A stretch of DNA of 64,000 nt, taken from NCBI RefSeq assembly GCF_009914755.1, contig NC_060948.1; one strand, 5' to 3'. A program made the translations under genes and the position numbers. The notes under the pieces are model-generated. The model did not search any database. It saw only the letters and a list, made by a program, of their open reading frames with translations, and was not told where the DNA came from. Origin of the DNA: the human T2T-CHM13v2.0 reference genome, Homo sapiens. Positions 25,493-45,950 of the stretch are shown in pieces (position 1 is the first letter of the stretch; every line of letters starts with the position of its first letter).

Positions 25493-28001
25493 TACTCATG
25501 CATGTGTGTTTCTTCATTTCCTTGTCTTCCTTGTTTAGGCATGTCTAAGTGTAAGTATATAATAATATAATTAAACAATTGGGTGTTTTACTTGATGTGA
25601 AACATCAGAAGCAACACAATTTTTTAAATATATTTTGTGTAGCTTTGACCAGTCACTAAGGAAAGCAGGATTGCAAGTAAACCTCTAGGTCTCACTGAAT
25701 ATAAATGTAATTACAATTCTATAGATTTTTTAGCCCTAAACTATGTTGCACATAGTGAGCTCAGTAAATTTTAATCTTATGATACTAATATCCAGTAGAT
25801 ACCGTTATTATATTCTCTTTGCTGATTGGGTAAATTTCAAAGATTAAGCAGTCTAACTTCACACAGCTATTAAGTGGTGAAGGTTAGATTTTTCTTGGTT
25901 TGCCAAACTTTATATTGTACAAATCACCACATGCATTATACCATCTGGTAGACACCAAGCTTTTGGTCAAATGATTTTTAACCGCTGCCCTAAAAAAAGT
26001 AGCCTATTTGCATGGCAAGCAAGATGTTTCGTGATCTTGCACTCTCTCCCTGTGTCCACTTGATCTTTGTGTATTTAGTGACATTCCTTGATCTTTGTGT
26101 ATTTAGTCCTATTTCACTGATCACAAAAAAAGGCAGGTTATTCCACCGAGTAGATTTTTACTTGTAACATTGCATGTTTCTGCATATCCTCCCAGTAAAT
26201 ATAATTCTGTATTTGTGTTTTTGCTTTTCCTTCCACCACATGGATTATAATGACTCCATTCATCTTCACATGTTTTATCTCTGCCTAGAAAATGTTTCTT
26301 GGAAGTATATGTAATAGATTAAAAATCATTTTCAATCTTGTTTTTTACAATGTCTTTATAAGAGACAGTTTTCTTTAAGAAGAAAATATTTATAGAGGGA
26401 AGGTTTGTTGGTTTAAATCAATTTTTTTAGTAATAGATTCCTAAAACTGTGTACCTTTTAAAGGCTTGTAACTTAAGTTTCCTGTTTTGCAAATTAGGCC
26501 TAACAAAAATTATACGAATGTTATGGGACTTCTAAAAATGAACTTGGTGTAAAATATATGTAGATATTTTATCAAAGAGGTTGATCCTTATCATTATTTA
26601 GAAAATGACATTATGTGTATCCTCTTTTAAAAAAATACTGAGACATTTTCTCATACATCTTATGGCATCAACCATAATGTATAATTTACATATCTATTTT
26701 TCCTGTGCTGTAGTCTCACTAGCTAACTTACTAATTATTTGTATTAGTTAACAATTAAGTATATACTACTCAGTTACATATAACATTAATAAATGCATTC
26801 CATCAAGTAAATATCAATGAATACAAAGGGAACAATTATCTGTTCAAAATGGAAAAAGGGTAACAATAATGTAGAGAGAGCCATAGTCAAATCAATGTTC
26901 TTCTGCTAAGAATGTGACAAAAAGAATATGAGAAGAAAATGCTACAGTGGGTTTTGGTAAGAAAGAAACTAACAGGGGGTGGTTACAAGATGGCCAAATA
27001 GGAGCAGCTCTGGTCTACAGCACCCAGCGTGAGTGATGCAGAACGTGGATGATTTCTGCATTTCCAACTGAGGTACCAGGTTCATCTCACTGGTGATTGT
27101 CAGAGAGTGGGTGCAGGACAGTGGGTGCAGTGCACTGAGCATGAGCCAAAGCAGGGTGAGGCATTGCTTCACCCAGGAAGCTCAAGGGGTCAGGGAATTC
27201 CCTTTCCTAGCCAAGGAAAGGGGTGACAGAGGGCACCTGGAAAACAAGGTCACTCCCACCCTAATACTGCACTTTTCCAATGGTCTTAGCAAATGGCACA
27301 CCAGGAGATTATAACCTGTGCCTGGCTCAGAGGGTCCTACACCAATGGAGCCTCACTCATTGCTAGCACAGCAGTCTGAGATCAAACTGCAAGGCAGCAG
27401 CGAGGCTGGGGAAGGGGTTCCCACCATTGCTGAGGCTTGAGCAGGTAAACAAAGTGGCTGGGAAGCTCAAACTGGATGGAGCCCACCACAGTTCAAGGAG
27501 GCCTGCCTGCCTCTGTAGACTCCACCTCTGGGGGCAGGGCATAGCCCAACAAAAGGCAGCTGAAACCCCTGCAGACTTAAATGTCCCTGTCTGACAGCTT
27601 GGAAGACAGTAGTTCTTCTCCCAGAATGCAGCTTGAGATCTGAGAACGGACAGACTGCCTCCGCAACTGGGTCCCTGACCCTCGAGTAGCCTAACTGGGA
27701 GGCACCCCCCAGTAGGGGCAGACTGACCCCTCATGTGGTCAGGTACCCCTCTGAGACAAAACTTCCAGAGGAACAATCAGGCAGCAACATTTGCTGTTCA
27801 CCAATACCCACTGTTCTGCAGTCTCCGCTGCTGATACCCACACACACAGAGTCTGGAGTGGACCTCCGCAAACTTCCACCAACCTGCAGCTGAGGGTGGT
27901 GATTGTTAGAAGGAAAACTAACAAACAGAAAGGACATCAACACCAAAACCCCATCTGTACGTTATCATCATCAAAGACCAAAGGTAGATAAAACCACAAA
28001 G

Positions 28002-31386
<3,385 letters not shown>

Positions 31387-31449
31387 AGACCATCAATGCT
31401 ACAAAGAAACTGCATCATCTAATGAGCAAAATAATCAGTTAACACCATA

Positions 31450-35299
<3,850 letters not shown>

Positions 35300-36599
35300 A
35301 CAATGAGAACACTTGGACACAGGAAGGGGAACATCACACACCAGGGCCTGTTGTGGGGTGGAGGGTTGGGGGAGGGGGGAGGGATAGCATTAGGAGATAC
35401 ACCTAACGTAAATGATGAGTTAATGGGTGCAGCACACCAACATGGCACATGTATACATATGTAACAAACGTGCACGTTGTGCACATGTAGCCTAAAACTT
35501 AAAGTGTAATAAAAAAAGAAAGAAACTAATAATGCCAATAGATTTGTAGCCATAATTTAAGAAACATTTTTCTAAAATATACGTAAACATGTAAGAATAT
35601 CTTTACCTTCAGAGCATGCTTTTGCTGTTAGGTTATTCATCAGAAAAGAAAATATTGAAAAGATAAATTAAAATATTTATGCAGACACAGTCAGCTCTAT
35701 ATTGTTATGGTATACTTTGTGAACTAAGTAGTTCATAAGTGTGAGTATACAATGTATAGGTTTTAATTTGTTAAATTAATATAAAGCACTTAAAATGTGG
35801 CTTATAAGTAAGCACTTTTTAAAGAAATGTTCTTTTAAATTCTGGTACGCACAATTTATAGACAAACTCAGAAAAATAAGTTTGGTTTGCATTGCATAGA
35901 TATTTAAAAGTATTTTCTTAAGTTACCTTTTATTTTGCAACACAATTCATAGAATGAAATAATTTTACCATGGAAAATACAGTCGTTCAGCTAATAAAAT
36001 ATTTTTTTCAGGAACATAAATAAAATATTTATTTTACTAGAGCTCTGTTAATGAAGAATGCTATTTATTATACACAAATTGAGGACAGAGAAATTGCCTA
36101 TGTGTGTATATATATATTTTTAATTTTGGTAGTTTGGGTCAAATCACTGCATTTATCTACTAAGCAAATAAAATAAGGTCTCCAAATATATATGACAACC
36201 AAAAAGAGAAGATACAAGATTAAGATTTGGAAACTTTACATTCCTAATTGATTTATTTTTCTCGCTTTCTTTTAATGTTATTTTACTCATTATTGCTTGC
36301 TTCTTGTAAACTTCTTTAAATTTAATTATTATTTTTCCCCTTTATGCATTATTTTACAAAATAAGCAGACACCATGTAGAGTGAGCTTATTGCTAATATT
36401 TGAGAGGGGGATGAAACATGGATGACTATTTCATAATAAAAATACTTCTTTTAAGGTTGATCAGACTACCACAGTTGAAGACAGTAAAAAATGAAAACAA
36501 TGTATAACGTATTTTGGCATTTTAATTTTCTTTCCTTATTTTTTTTAAATACAGAAGTTTCTTGGGCCACCCTTCCTTTGATTTATGTTATGCTCCTCT

Positions 36600-36748
36600 T
36601 TCCCTGCTTCCTCTGCGGCTCTCGCGGCGGGTGGTACATCCGAGTTTCTAAGCTTTTTAGCTGGGTATGCCTCTAGCCTCTACTGTTCCTTCAGCCCCTG
36701 GTGACAGGGGGTCGCGTACGGGTGTTCTCAGAAAATCAGGAAAATGAG
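36600..36748 (+). promoter_or_regulatory. Candidate promoter and non-coding exon 1 of the RBMY pseudogene
   Basis: Local CpG cluster (gcggctctcgcggcggg, gtcgcgtacg) in AT-rich DNA, ending in a GAG|GTAAA donor-like site ~2.2 kb upstream of the ATG exon. This call is an inference. Confidence 0.4.
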
Positions 36749-37637
36749 GTAAAAAATTCATAAATTTAAGCAGAGTGGACATGTTTTTATCTCAGGAGAA
36801 AGAGTTAATGTCTAAGTCATCTCCTGCAAATAGATGAAATGTGGTAAAGACCATTTCTCTCAGGCTTTTTTTTTGGCAAATGTTAAGAAATGTTATAATT
36901 GTTATTGGGTGTGGACTTATGTTTATGAGTACAACTGTATATCTGAAAGTGTTGGATATCAGTTTGTGCTACCAAAAAGCAGCTTTATTTTATGTTTCTT
37001 TGCACAGATTCGTTTCTTGGCATGAATACAAAGACCCTGAAGTTTTTGGATTTTGTCTATTCAGGAGGATGGGTTTTCAATGTGTGGGTGTTGAATTATG
37101 GGAAGAAACAGTAGGGAGAGAACTCCTTAGTGCTATTAAGAAACTCACTTTTGTTAAACTCACTGATTTTTCTTGAGGATTCTTCCCTTTACCGTCGTAA
37201 ATTTCCGACATGCCAGCAAGCTGTGGGAGACGGAGCTAGGGCGCCATTTTTTTCATGTGCACTTTTTGTTAAAGCGTTTTTTCTCTGTGAATGTGGTCAT
37301 AATTCAAATAAATCGACAATATACTTAACCATTTGATTAAAAACTGGTACTTTTACTCATCACATGTCAAATTTGTGATTTGCTTGAGAGGAATTATGAA
37401 CTTTTGACAAATTGCGTTACTTTAGTGTTATGAGGAAATCTGGGGCCACAAATAATCTCAGTTTAAATTTGTCTCCGAAAAGCCTTTGTCTCCTTCATTG
37501 TATGACAGTATTTGAAACATGTTTCATTTATCTCTGGCACCGTAAGTAATTTAAACCGAATAAGTGGGTGTAATCGAGATAAATGGTGATATCCTAAAAC
37601 GGAGAAAAAATAAATGCGTTTAAGTTATTCTACTAAC

Positions 37638-37745
37638 TTGGCACACTGACTTACTCTTGTAATCCTACTATTTTGGGAAGAGGAGGTGTGAGGATGGCTT
37701 GGAATCACGAGTTGGAGACCATCCTGCATAATATAATGAGCTCCT
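37638..37745 (+). mobile_element. Old Alu left-monomer (FLAM-like) fragment
   Basis: tgtaatcctactattttggga...gagttggagaccatcctg. Confidence 0.6.
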
Positions 37746-37754
37746 TTAATTTAT

Positions 37755-38233
37755 TGCCATTTTGGCACCAGGGACAGGTTTAGTGGAAGGCATTTTTCCA
37801 CAGACAAGAGGAGAGCAGGGGGAGAAGGTGGTGAGGTGGACACCTTGGGGAGGTTGGGGGCGGCCGTTCCAGGAGGAGTACAGTGTAGGAAGGGGTTTCA
37901 GGCCAGAGCAGTGTGACGGGGGGCAGTGGTGGGACAGCGGGGCTGCGAGGGGGACAGGGCAGGCCAGCGGGGAATAGGGAGGATGGATTCTGGATGAAAC
38001 TGTTCCACCTCAGGTCACACTCAGGCATTACAATCTTCTAGGGAGAGCGCCACCTAGATCCTCGTATGCGCAGTTCACAGTAGGGCTCTTACTCCTGTGA
38101 GAACCCAATGTCTTCGCTGATCTGACAGGAGGCGGGGCTCAGGCAGTGCCAGAGGTTCACCACCTGTTCTGCAGCCAGGTTCCTAACAGGCCACAGACAG
38201 ATACCGGTTGGAGACCAGGGTTTGGGGATCCCT
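37755..38233 (+). mobile_element. MER1B (hAT-Charlie) with internal G-rich expansion
   Basis: ttttggcaccagggac...gatgaaactgttccacctcag...gcgcagttcaca...gctgatctgacaggaggcgg...ttggggatccctg. Confidence 0.8.
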
Positions 38234-38344
38234 GATCTATTGTATATTTCAAATCACTAAAATATTGCAAACAATTTAAAATATTCTCCCCGAAGAAAGC
38301 ATGTATTTTATTTAACTTGATTTAATCATTTATTAAAATATCAA

Positions 38345-38630
38345 GCTGGGCGTGGACATTCACCCTTCAAGTCTCATCACCTTGGTGGCACCAGGCCAGA
38401 AGATCGCTTGAGCCCAGGAGTTCGAGACCAGCTTGGGTACCATGGGGAAACCGTGTCTGTTAAAGAAACACACAAAAAAAATGCCTACAAGCTGTGATAG
38501 TGATCTCCTGTAGTCCTAGCTATTTGGGAAGCTGAAACGTGGGAGGATCACTTGAGGCTCGGTAGAGGAGGCTGCAGTGAGCAGTGCACATTGGCAATAG
38601 GAAATTGACATCTCAAGAAAAAAAAAACAC
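38345..38630 (+). mobile_element. AluJ
   Basis: gatcgcttgagcccaggagttcgagaccagc, diverged dimer. Confidence 0.85.
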
Positions 38631-38948
38631 AAAACATCACATTGTACTGTATAAATATATAGTTTTCAAATAGAATTATTTAAATGGGGCATTCTGCGTA
38701 TTACAGCTTAAGAAAATTACAATAGCTTTTCTCATCTCATTTTTACAAACAAGTTTTTGTCAGGTACGTATTAAAATGCAGCATTTGTCCATGAAGTCAC
38801 TGCCCCTTTCGCTCTGCATGTTACAAATTTTAACTACTTAAATTAAGAAATAGTAGAAAGATGTCAGCCTCCGTAAGGGAATTTCCCTAGAGTTTTCAAC
38901 ACAGTATGTAATAAAATTTTATCTTTTGGCTTATTTATTGTTATCTAG

Positions 38949-39185
<237 letters not shown>

Positions 39186-39514
39186 TAAATATATACTCAG
39201 TATATTTACTGAATACATAAATTAAAATATATATTTGTTTTAAAGTGTTATTTTCAAGTTTCTTTTCGATACTGGGAAAATTCTTATGGCAGCAGGCGAA
39301 GGTTCTTTGGTAAAGGTTACCTACTACTGAGAAAGGAAACTGAGCAAAAGTACATATGTTGTGGAGGTAGGGAGCAAATTGGAATAAAATAGGCTGAATA
39401 CAGAGGTGACTTAGTATTAAAAATCATAGTAATGATGTGAAATGCAATTTTTTTGGTTTGTTAGTACTATGGTGAGTCCATTATATAAATGTAAAATGTT
39501 TTCATATATTTTAG

Positions 39515-39616
39515 TTCTTTTGATAAATGATTGGGAAACCAGCAACTTCAGATGCTTTGTACTTATTTTGAAAACCTGCAGATGCTAAGAATGCTGTCAA
39601 AGATATGAAGGGAAAC
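39515..39616 (+). pseudogene. RBMY2: RBMY RRM exon (RNP1), frameshifted
   Basis: VLLINDWETSNFRCF, then a frameshift, then ADAKNAVKDMKGN; ag and gtaag boundaries. Confidence 0.88.
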
Positions 39617-42004
39617 GTAAGAGTCCCTTATTAATAATATCCTAACTGTTCCTCACTTAACAGAATTTCAAGGTCTTTTTCATATTACTAAACTTTTGAA
39701 GATAGCATAATGTCATATGATCTGAAATGCTTTAGCCATCCTCTTCTTTTGGTCATCTAAGTGCAACGGTAGTTGGAAGGATATTGGAATAAATGTTACA
39801 TAAATCAATATATGGTAATCTTATTTGTATGTTAGTATTTAAATACAAGTATAAATAGATTTTCAAAGCTTTCAAGCAGCTTTAAAACTTAGAAGGAACC
39901 CTCACAAAAGTGAGATAAATAAATCAGCATTTATTAAATTCTATTAATGGAATTACTTCCAATTCATGGAAATACTTCTATAGCATAGACAAACTATGGA
40001 TAGACAGGTAGACGGACTTACAAGATGGAAATCTTATACAGAGAGACATCTAGACCGACTCACAAGAAGGAAAGATTCTTTCTCATTTTCTGAAAGTACA
40101 TTCTTAAGCAAGTGTATTTAAACAAGACCTTTACATTTAAGGAAATGTTAAGTACTTGAAAGTAGAAAATAATATGAGTACATTGAAGTTGGGTAACAGA
40201 ACTACTAACTGGCATTTCTGCCCCATCCTTGCTCTTTTTCTCCTAAAATCATTTTTATCCTGTCACCAGAGTGATTTATGTAACATGAATACCTAATGAC
40301 TCATTTTACCAGTGTGTTTGAGGACTTATTTTGATCCAACCAATTGTCTCTGTCTTACTGAATCTTAAATTCTAGGGATTGTGTGTTTATTACAGCTGTA
40401 AACCTTTTTATAATTCTATTACCTACTGAATTCCTTTGTATTACCATCAAAATCATTGCATTCTGGGTACGTTGGAGCTGTTTTGTTTTATAACATCATC
40501 TCAGTCTCTTTTTAGTTCCCGTTACTCTTCATGCTTTCACCAATATGCTTTTTCGGACTTCTTAAGAGTTATTCTTCCTGGCATATGTCTCACAAATAGC
40601 AACTTATGCTTCAAAGACAGCTTAGATTTTACATTTTCTTCTTTATTTTATATTGTGGGTATTTTGTCCTCACTGTACCATGTATTAATCTGTTGATAAT
40701 TGTCTTTAGTGCATATTTAAGTTTTCCTAGTTGCTTTTATTTCTGGTACATCTAGCACACTTCCTGGTTCATCGAAGAAAGTACATTTTTATTCACCTTT
40801 ATACTTTCATATTTTAAATTTGGGTAGAAACTGAAAGTTGCTCATGGTTTGGTGTTAGGTATGGAAATAATTTTGACTGATGTATAGTAATAATTTCTTT
40901 TTCCTCAAAGTTTTCAAGCACAAGAACAGATGATTTCTGTAGAAATTCTAAATTACTTCATCTAACATATCTTATTGTGTAAGAACAAATATAAATGTAA
41001 TATGCACACAAAAGTTAAGAATGGAAATAAAGGAAGTACTTAGAGGTTTCAGGGGGAATGAACAGTTTAAGAAAGTTTGGCTGACTTCCGAATACTGGGA
41101 AGGAAGCAGTCATGTGCAAATCTGGGGAACATATTTTGGGCCCAGAAATAACAAAAGAAGTCCCAAGGTTGAAACGACTGCCTATGTAACTGCAAGAGGT
41201 CTTGGAAAGGATTTAAGATCTTCCCCCAAAAACAAAGCAATGCCATTTTTAAATACAATTTTTGCTGACATTTTTTTTCAAAAATTACCTTAGCCTATAG
41301 AAAAGATTAAACTGAAGAAAGTTATTATGAAATTAATTAGAACATTTAAGCATTTCTGAGAAATAACATGAAGTACTATATTAAGAGTCATTTATTAGGG
41401 ACTCTTCTAAGGCAAGATAATAAATGAGTAAGGCAAAAAATCTGAATGAGACCAAGGAAGGATCACAGTTACAGAAACAGAACTAGACTAAATATAGAAT
41501 TGTAAATCATATTGGGACATTTTATGTAAGTATTAGCAGAACAAACAAGAAACAATTCAGAATGAATAATATGGCTAATCACTTGGAATAAATAATCTTT
41601 TTATTAGATGACACATTATTACATATACCCTTGGGACACTGAAACAATTAAATAAGTGATGTGACTACAAAGATGAAGTAGATCATACATTGGAAAAAAG
41701 AGATGTGCTACATTATCCCATAGATGGGTGATGGGCTAATTTTTTTTGAGATGATGTTTTTAATACTGGAAAACTTTTCAAGGAATTTGAATAACAGAAT
41801 TTGTGTTTGATCCCTTAATGGAAGGTATGTGGTCAGTAAACATCTCAAATTTGGCACTGTGAAAGACATCATCATTTCAGAAAAAAAATATATTTGCTTT
41901 GGGAGAAAACATCTAGAACTGAAATATAGTGGATGCAAAAATGTTTGTAAAATGTGTTTGGTTAAATGTGACAGTGTTATTGATAGGACAGTTAATACTT
42001 TTGG

Positions 42005-42181
42005 TCTTTGGATGGAAAAGCAATAAAAGTAGAACAAGTCAAGAAAACATCTTTTCAAAGTGATGGTAGGTGGAGATCACCACCTTCCTGGAGAAACAGG
42101 AGCCCTTCAGGAAGTCTGAGATCTGCAAGAGGAGGTAGTAGAGGACAAGAGGGTTGTGTCCCTCATGTGAAGGACAACTGG
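42005..42181 (+). pseudogene. RBMY2: RBMY exon (end of RRM plus SR-rich linker)
   Basis: [44 protein letters not shown]; acceptor is GG rather than AG; 1-nt frameshift near the end. Confidence 0.9.
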
Positions 42182-43577
42182 GTAATGTTTTAAAATATAA
42201 AGATGGAACCGTAGGACTGAAAGACAATAAGTTTGAAGATATCAAAATTTCTCAATTTTATTTACTTTATGTACAGAAAATGAACTTACTGATAATGAGC
42301 AAAATTATTTGTAAGTACTAAAGATAAATTATAAGAAAGATAGAAATAATATGAAAATTTTATTTTAAAATCTTAATTACTTTGCATTGAAATAACACGC
42401 ATTTAAAACCAAATTGAGTTTATTAATGTTGATTTTCTGTACTCAACAGGTTTTCTGCAGAACTCGTTTACATTCATTATGCTATAGAGTTTCTTATTTT
42501 GGGAGCCAGAACTTCGTATAAAATGTATTATCAAAATAAGATGGAATCTTGAAAACCTTCCAACAGGAAATAAGTAACTCATTATTTTAGGATTGATCTT
42601 ATAATATTTGTTATTTATGTATACACATGGAAATATCTATACAAATATATTCCTTTGCCATTTTGATATACGTAATTTGCACATTGGCCTGCCATAAAGC
42701 ATTTTGCATTTAAGAAATCTATAACTTCAGTTTCTCAAAAGAGTCTGTGACTCAGGAAAATCTAAAAACCACTGCTTCACAAATATGAAGCAGTGGTTTC
42801 TTTGCTGGAAGATGAGACACTGAAAATGGTATTTATGAATGATTTACTCAATAGGAATGAGGGGTCAATTTTTACTTAAAAAAATCCATGTATTTTAAAA
42901 AATTGGTTCAATTGTATTATCTATTAACCAACCTTCAAAAACCTAACATCTGAGTTTTAATAACCAGATGTGTAATTCACTGGATATGTTTTCTCAAGTT
43001 GAAATTGCAGTGTTTGCTCCATTTTAAGGTACATAGCTTCATGGTATTTTTTTTCTCAATTGATCTTGAGGGTGAAGATTAATACTACTCTGCCATGTAT
43101 GAGAATATGCATTTTCTTACCTGTGACACCACGAGGGCATTAGAATATATCTACATTTTTTGTAGCTATATGAAAATATCTTTTATTATTTAATATTAAA
43201 TTCTTAAAGATTATTAAAATTGAGCATAGCCTAAGCTAAAATTTAATATTTCATAATGGATTTGTAAGGATTGTATTTCTGATACAAATTTTACAGATAA
43301 TGTATTTTTCTGAGGTGTCATTTTTTGATTTTGTAAATATTTTAGCTTTTTTGAATGGAATTTGTTGTACCCTTATGATACGTTTTGACGAGGCTTTCTT
43401 CATACCATAATTATATGAACAGTAATATATTATTTTTCTCCTATTTTTCTTTATCTAGATTATATTTATATATTTAACTGATAGATTTTTGCTCTCTCTT
43501 CACCCTGCATTTATCCCACATCTTTCTCTCACACCAATATAAAATGATTCTTGTGTTATTTTTTAGATTTTCTTCAG

Positions 43578-43835
43578 TTGCCAGGCTGGAATGCAGTGGC
43601 ACGATCTCAGCTCACTGCAACCTCTGGCTCCCAGCCAAGTGATTCTCCTGCTTTAGCTTCCCGTGTAGCTGGGACTACAGTTGTGTGCCAAGAGGCCCAG
43701 TGAATTTTTGTATTTTTAGTAGAGATGGGGTTTCACCATGTTGCCCAGGATGGTCTTGATCTCTTAACTTCGTGATCCGCCCACCTCAGACTCCCAAAGT
43801 GCTGTGATTACAGGCATGAGCCACTGCACCCAGCC
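43578..43835 (-). mobile_element. AluS
   Basis: Reverse-complement Alu. Confidence 0.9.
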
Positions 43836-44011
43836 ATTTTCTGGGTTTTCTAAACCAACTTTTATTGTTTGTATTGCACTACTTTGGTACATAAATACTA
43901 AATTGTATTAGTTTAGACAAATGTAAATTTGTAAGATTATCATATTTAGGAAATATTTATAAACAACTAAAACTTAGCCATTTAAGACACAGTGATGTTA
44001 CTTAGCTGGAG

Positions 44012-44014
44012 ATA

Positions 44015-44071
<57 letters not shown>

Positions 44072-44342
44072 GTCTTGCTCTGTCTCCAAGGCTGGAGTGC
44101 AGTGGCACACTCTTGGCTCACTGCACACTCTCCTTCCCGGGTTCACGCCATTCTCCTGCCTCAGCCTCCCAAGTCGCTGGGGCTACAAGTGCCTGCCACC
44201 ACGGCCAGCTAATTTTTTATATTTTTAGTAGAGATGGGTTTTCACCATGTTAGCCACTATGGTCTCGATCTCCTGACCTCGAGATCCGCCTGCCTCAGCC
44301 TCAAAGTGCTGGGATTACAGGCATGAGCCACCGCGCCCAGCC
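44012..44342 (-). mobile_element. AluY with (TA)n-converted tail
   Basis: cccgggttcacgccattctcc (AluY diagnostic); (TA)n at 44012-44067. Confidence 0.9.
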
Positions 44343-44349
44343 CTACAAG

Positions 44350-44885
44350 ACTTTTTATAACTGTCTCCTTTCGTTTGCATGATGCTCTGAATGTTCATTT
44401 ACATTGCAGCACTTCTCTCCTTACACAACCTGCTAACCCATTATTTTGTTTGGGTTGTTTCCACCACAGTATTTCTATATACACATATTTGTTTGCATAC
44501 ACTTATTCAATTCTTGGTATATATGAGTGAGTGGAATTGCTTGGTCCTATGATAATTGTATTTATTTTCTTGAGGAACCACCCCATTTCTCCATAGTAGC
44601 TGCACCATTTTCCATTCCAACTAGCATTTGTATGAGGGTTCCAAATTATCTACATCTTCTCAAACACTTGATATTTCCTGCTTTTTAAAAATCATTTCCA
44701 TTCCAGTATGTGTGCAGTATAGTATCTCATTTTGGTTTTGAAATGCAATTTCTGAATAACTAATTATGATTATTTGTTCCATGTGCTTTTTGAGCATTTG
44801 CATATTTTAGTTGGAGAAATATGTATTCAAGTATTTGGCCCTTCATTTTGTTCAAGTTGTAAGTTATTTATGTTTTGGATACTAG
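44350..44885 (-). mobile_element. Old L1M fragment upstream of the SRGY exon
   Basis: gagtggaattgcttggtc...ttgaggaacc...tagctgcaccattttccattcc...tatctcattttggtttt. Confidence 0.75.
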
Positions 44886-44928
44886 AAGTTGATAATTTAA
44901 AATTTGTTGCTTTAACTTATGCAAGCAG

Positions 44929-45039
44929 AATTCATACAAGTTCCCGGGACACCAGGGATTATGCTCCACCATCTAGAGATTATGGATACCATGATTACGG
45001 TCATTCTAGTTGGAATGAACAATCCTCTAGAGCATATAG
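44929..45039 (+). pseudogene. RBMY2: Single 111-nt SRGY-box exon
   Basis: [36 protein letters not shown]; 37 codons; cag and gtac boundaries. Confidence 0.92.
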
Positions 45040-45120
45040 GTACTATAATATTTTCTGATTTTGTCAAAGGGATTTCTTAAGTTGTTCCTGCTGACGTTAG
45101 CAAACCTTTTTTAAATTTAG

Positions 45121-45209
45121 TGACTGTGATGGCTGTGGTGGGGGCCGTGGTAGAGATCCTTTAGTACATCCCAGTGGAAGTTCTTACAGAAATGCATATC
45201 AGAGTTATG
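45121..45209 (+). pseudogene. RBMY2: RBMY penultimate exon
   Basis: DCDGCGGGRGRDPLVHPSGSSYRNAYQSYG; tttag and gtaagt boundaries. Confidence 0.88.
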
Positions 45210-45622
45210 GTAAGTGTCAGGGTTTGATTTGTAAATTATAGTATTATATTTAATACACCAGATTATTGTTTTAATACAATTTTAAGGAAAATCATAAAGG
45301 AAAAATATAACATGTTTAAACACTGAGAATTGTTAACAGTATAATGCGTGGTGAACATGTAGGTGAGAACTTCAGTTCATTTTCAGAAAATGTGACTTAA
45401 CGTTTACTTTAAAATAAACTTTCTTATGCTTCAAAATACTATTCTTATATTCTTTTAAATGCAACCTTTTGACTATTTCAGACATAATTAATATGCTGTC
45501 AATGAAGACAGAGGAAAGCAGATTTTTCCAAATAGTACTTTAACTGATACATGCATTAGTGATACCATTAAAAATGTTTAAATGTAGTTCATTATAAGTT
45601 CTATATTTTATCAACCTTGCAG

Positions 45623-45924
45623 GGACCTCTCCTGGTGAACAACCTGCGTGAGAGCCTTGGATGAGTTATGGTGGAAGTAGTCACTATGATTATAACAGTA
45701 CATGAGATATATATGGCAGAAGTCAGGAGAGTTACTCATGAAGCAGTGGTGATTTATATTCCTGTGGTCATGAGCGCGGTGGCAGAAAGGAATGAAGGAA
45801 TCTACCTTCTGTGGATAGGGTGCACCCTGCTGCTGGTGAAGGATACAGTAGCTCAAGTTATCGGGCATCTACAGCAAGTGGTGAGGGAAAACAAGGTGAA
45901 AAAGGAGGCTGAAGCAGATATTAA
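45623..45924 (+). pseudogene. RBMY2: RBMY last coding exon
   Basis: GTSPGEQPA*EPWMSYGGS...EKGG*SRY* ends in the conserved SRY-stop. Confidence 0.9.
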
Positions 45925-45950
45925 AGGAGATATTAAAAATAATAGTTACC

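Noticed and set aside
45623-45924. Selenoprotein or readthrough interpretation of the in-frame TGAs
   Set aside because: CpG decay of Arg codons explains them, and upstream exons are frameshifted anyway.
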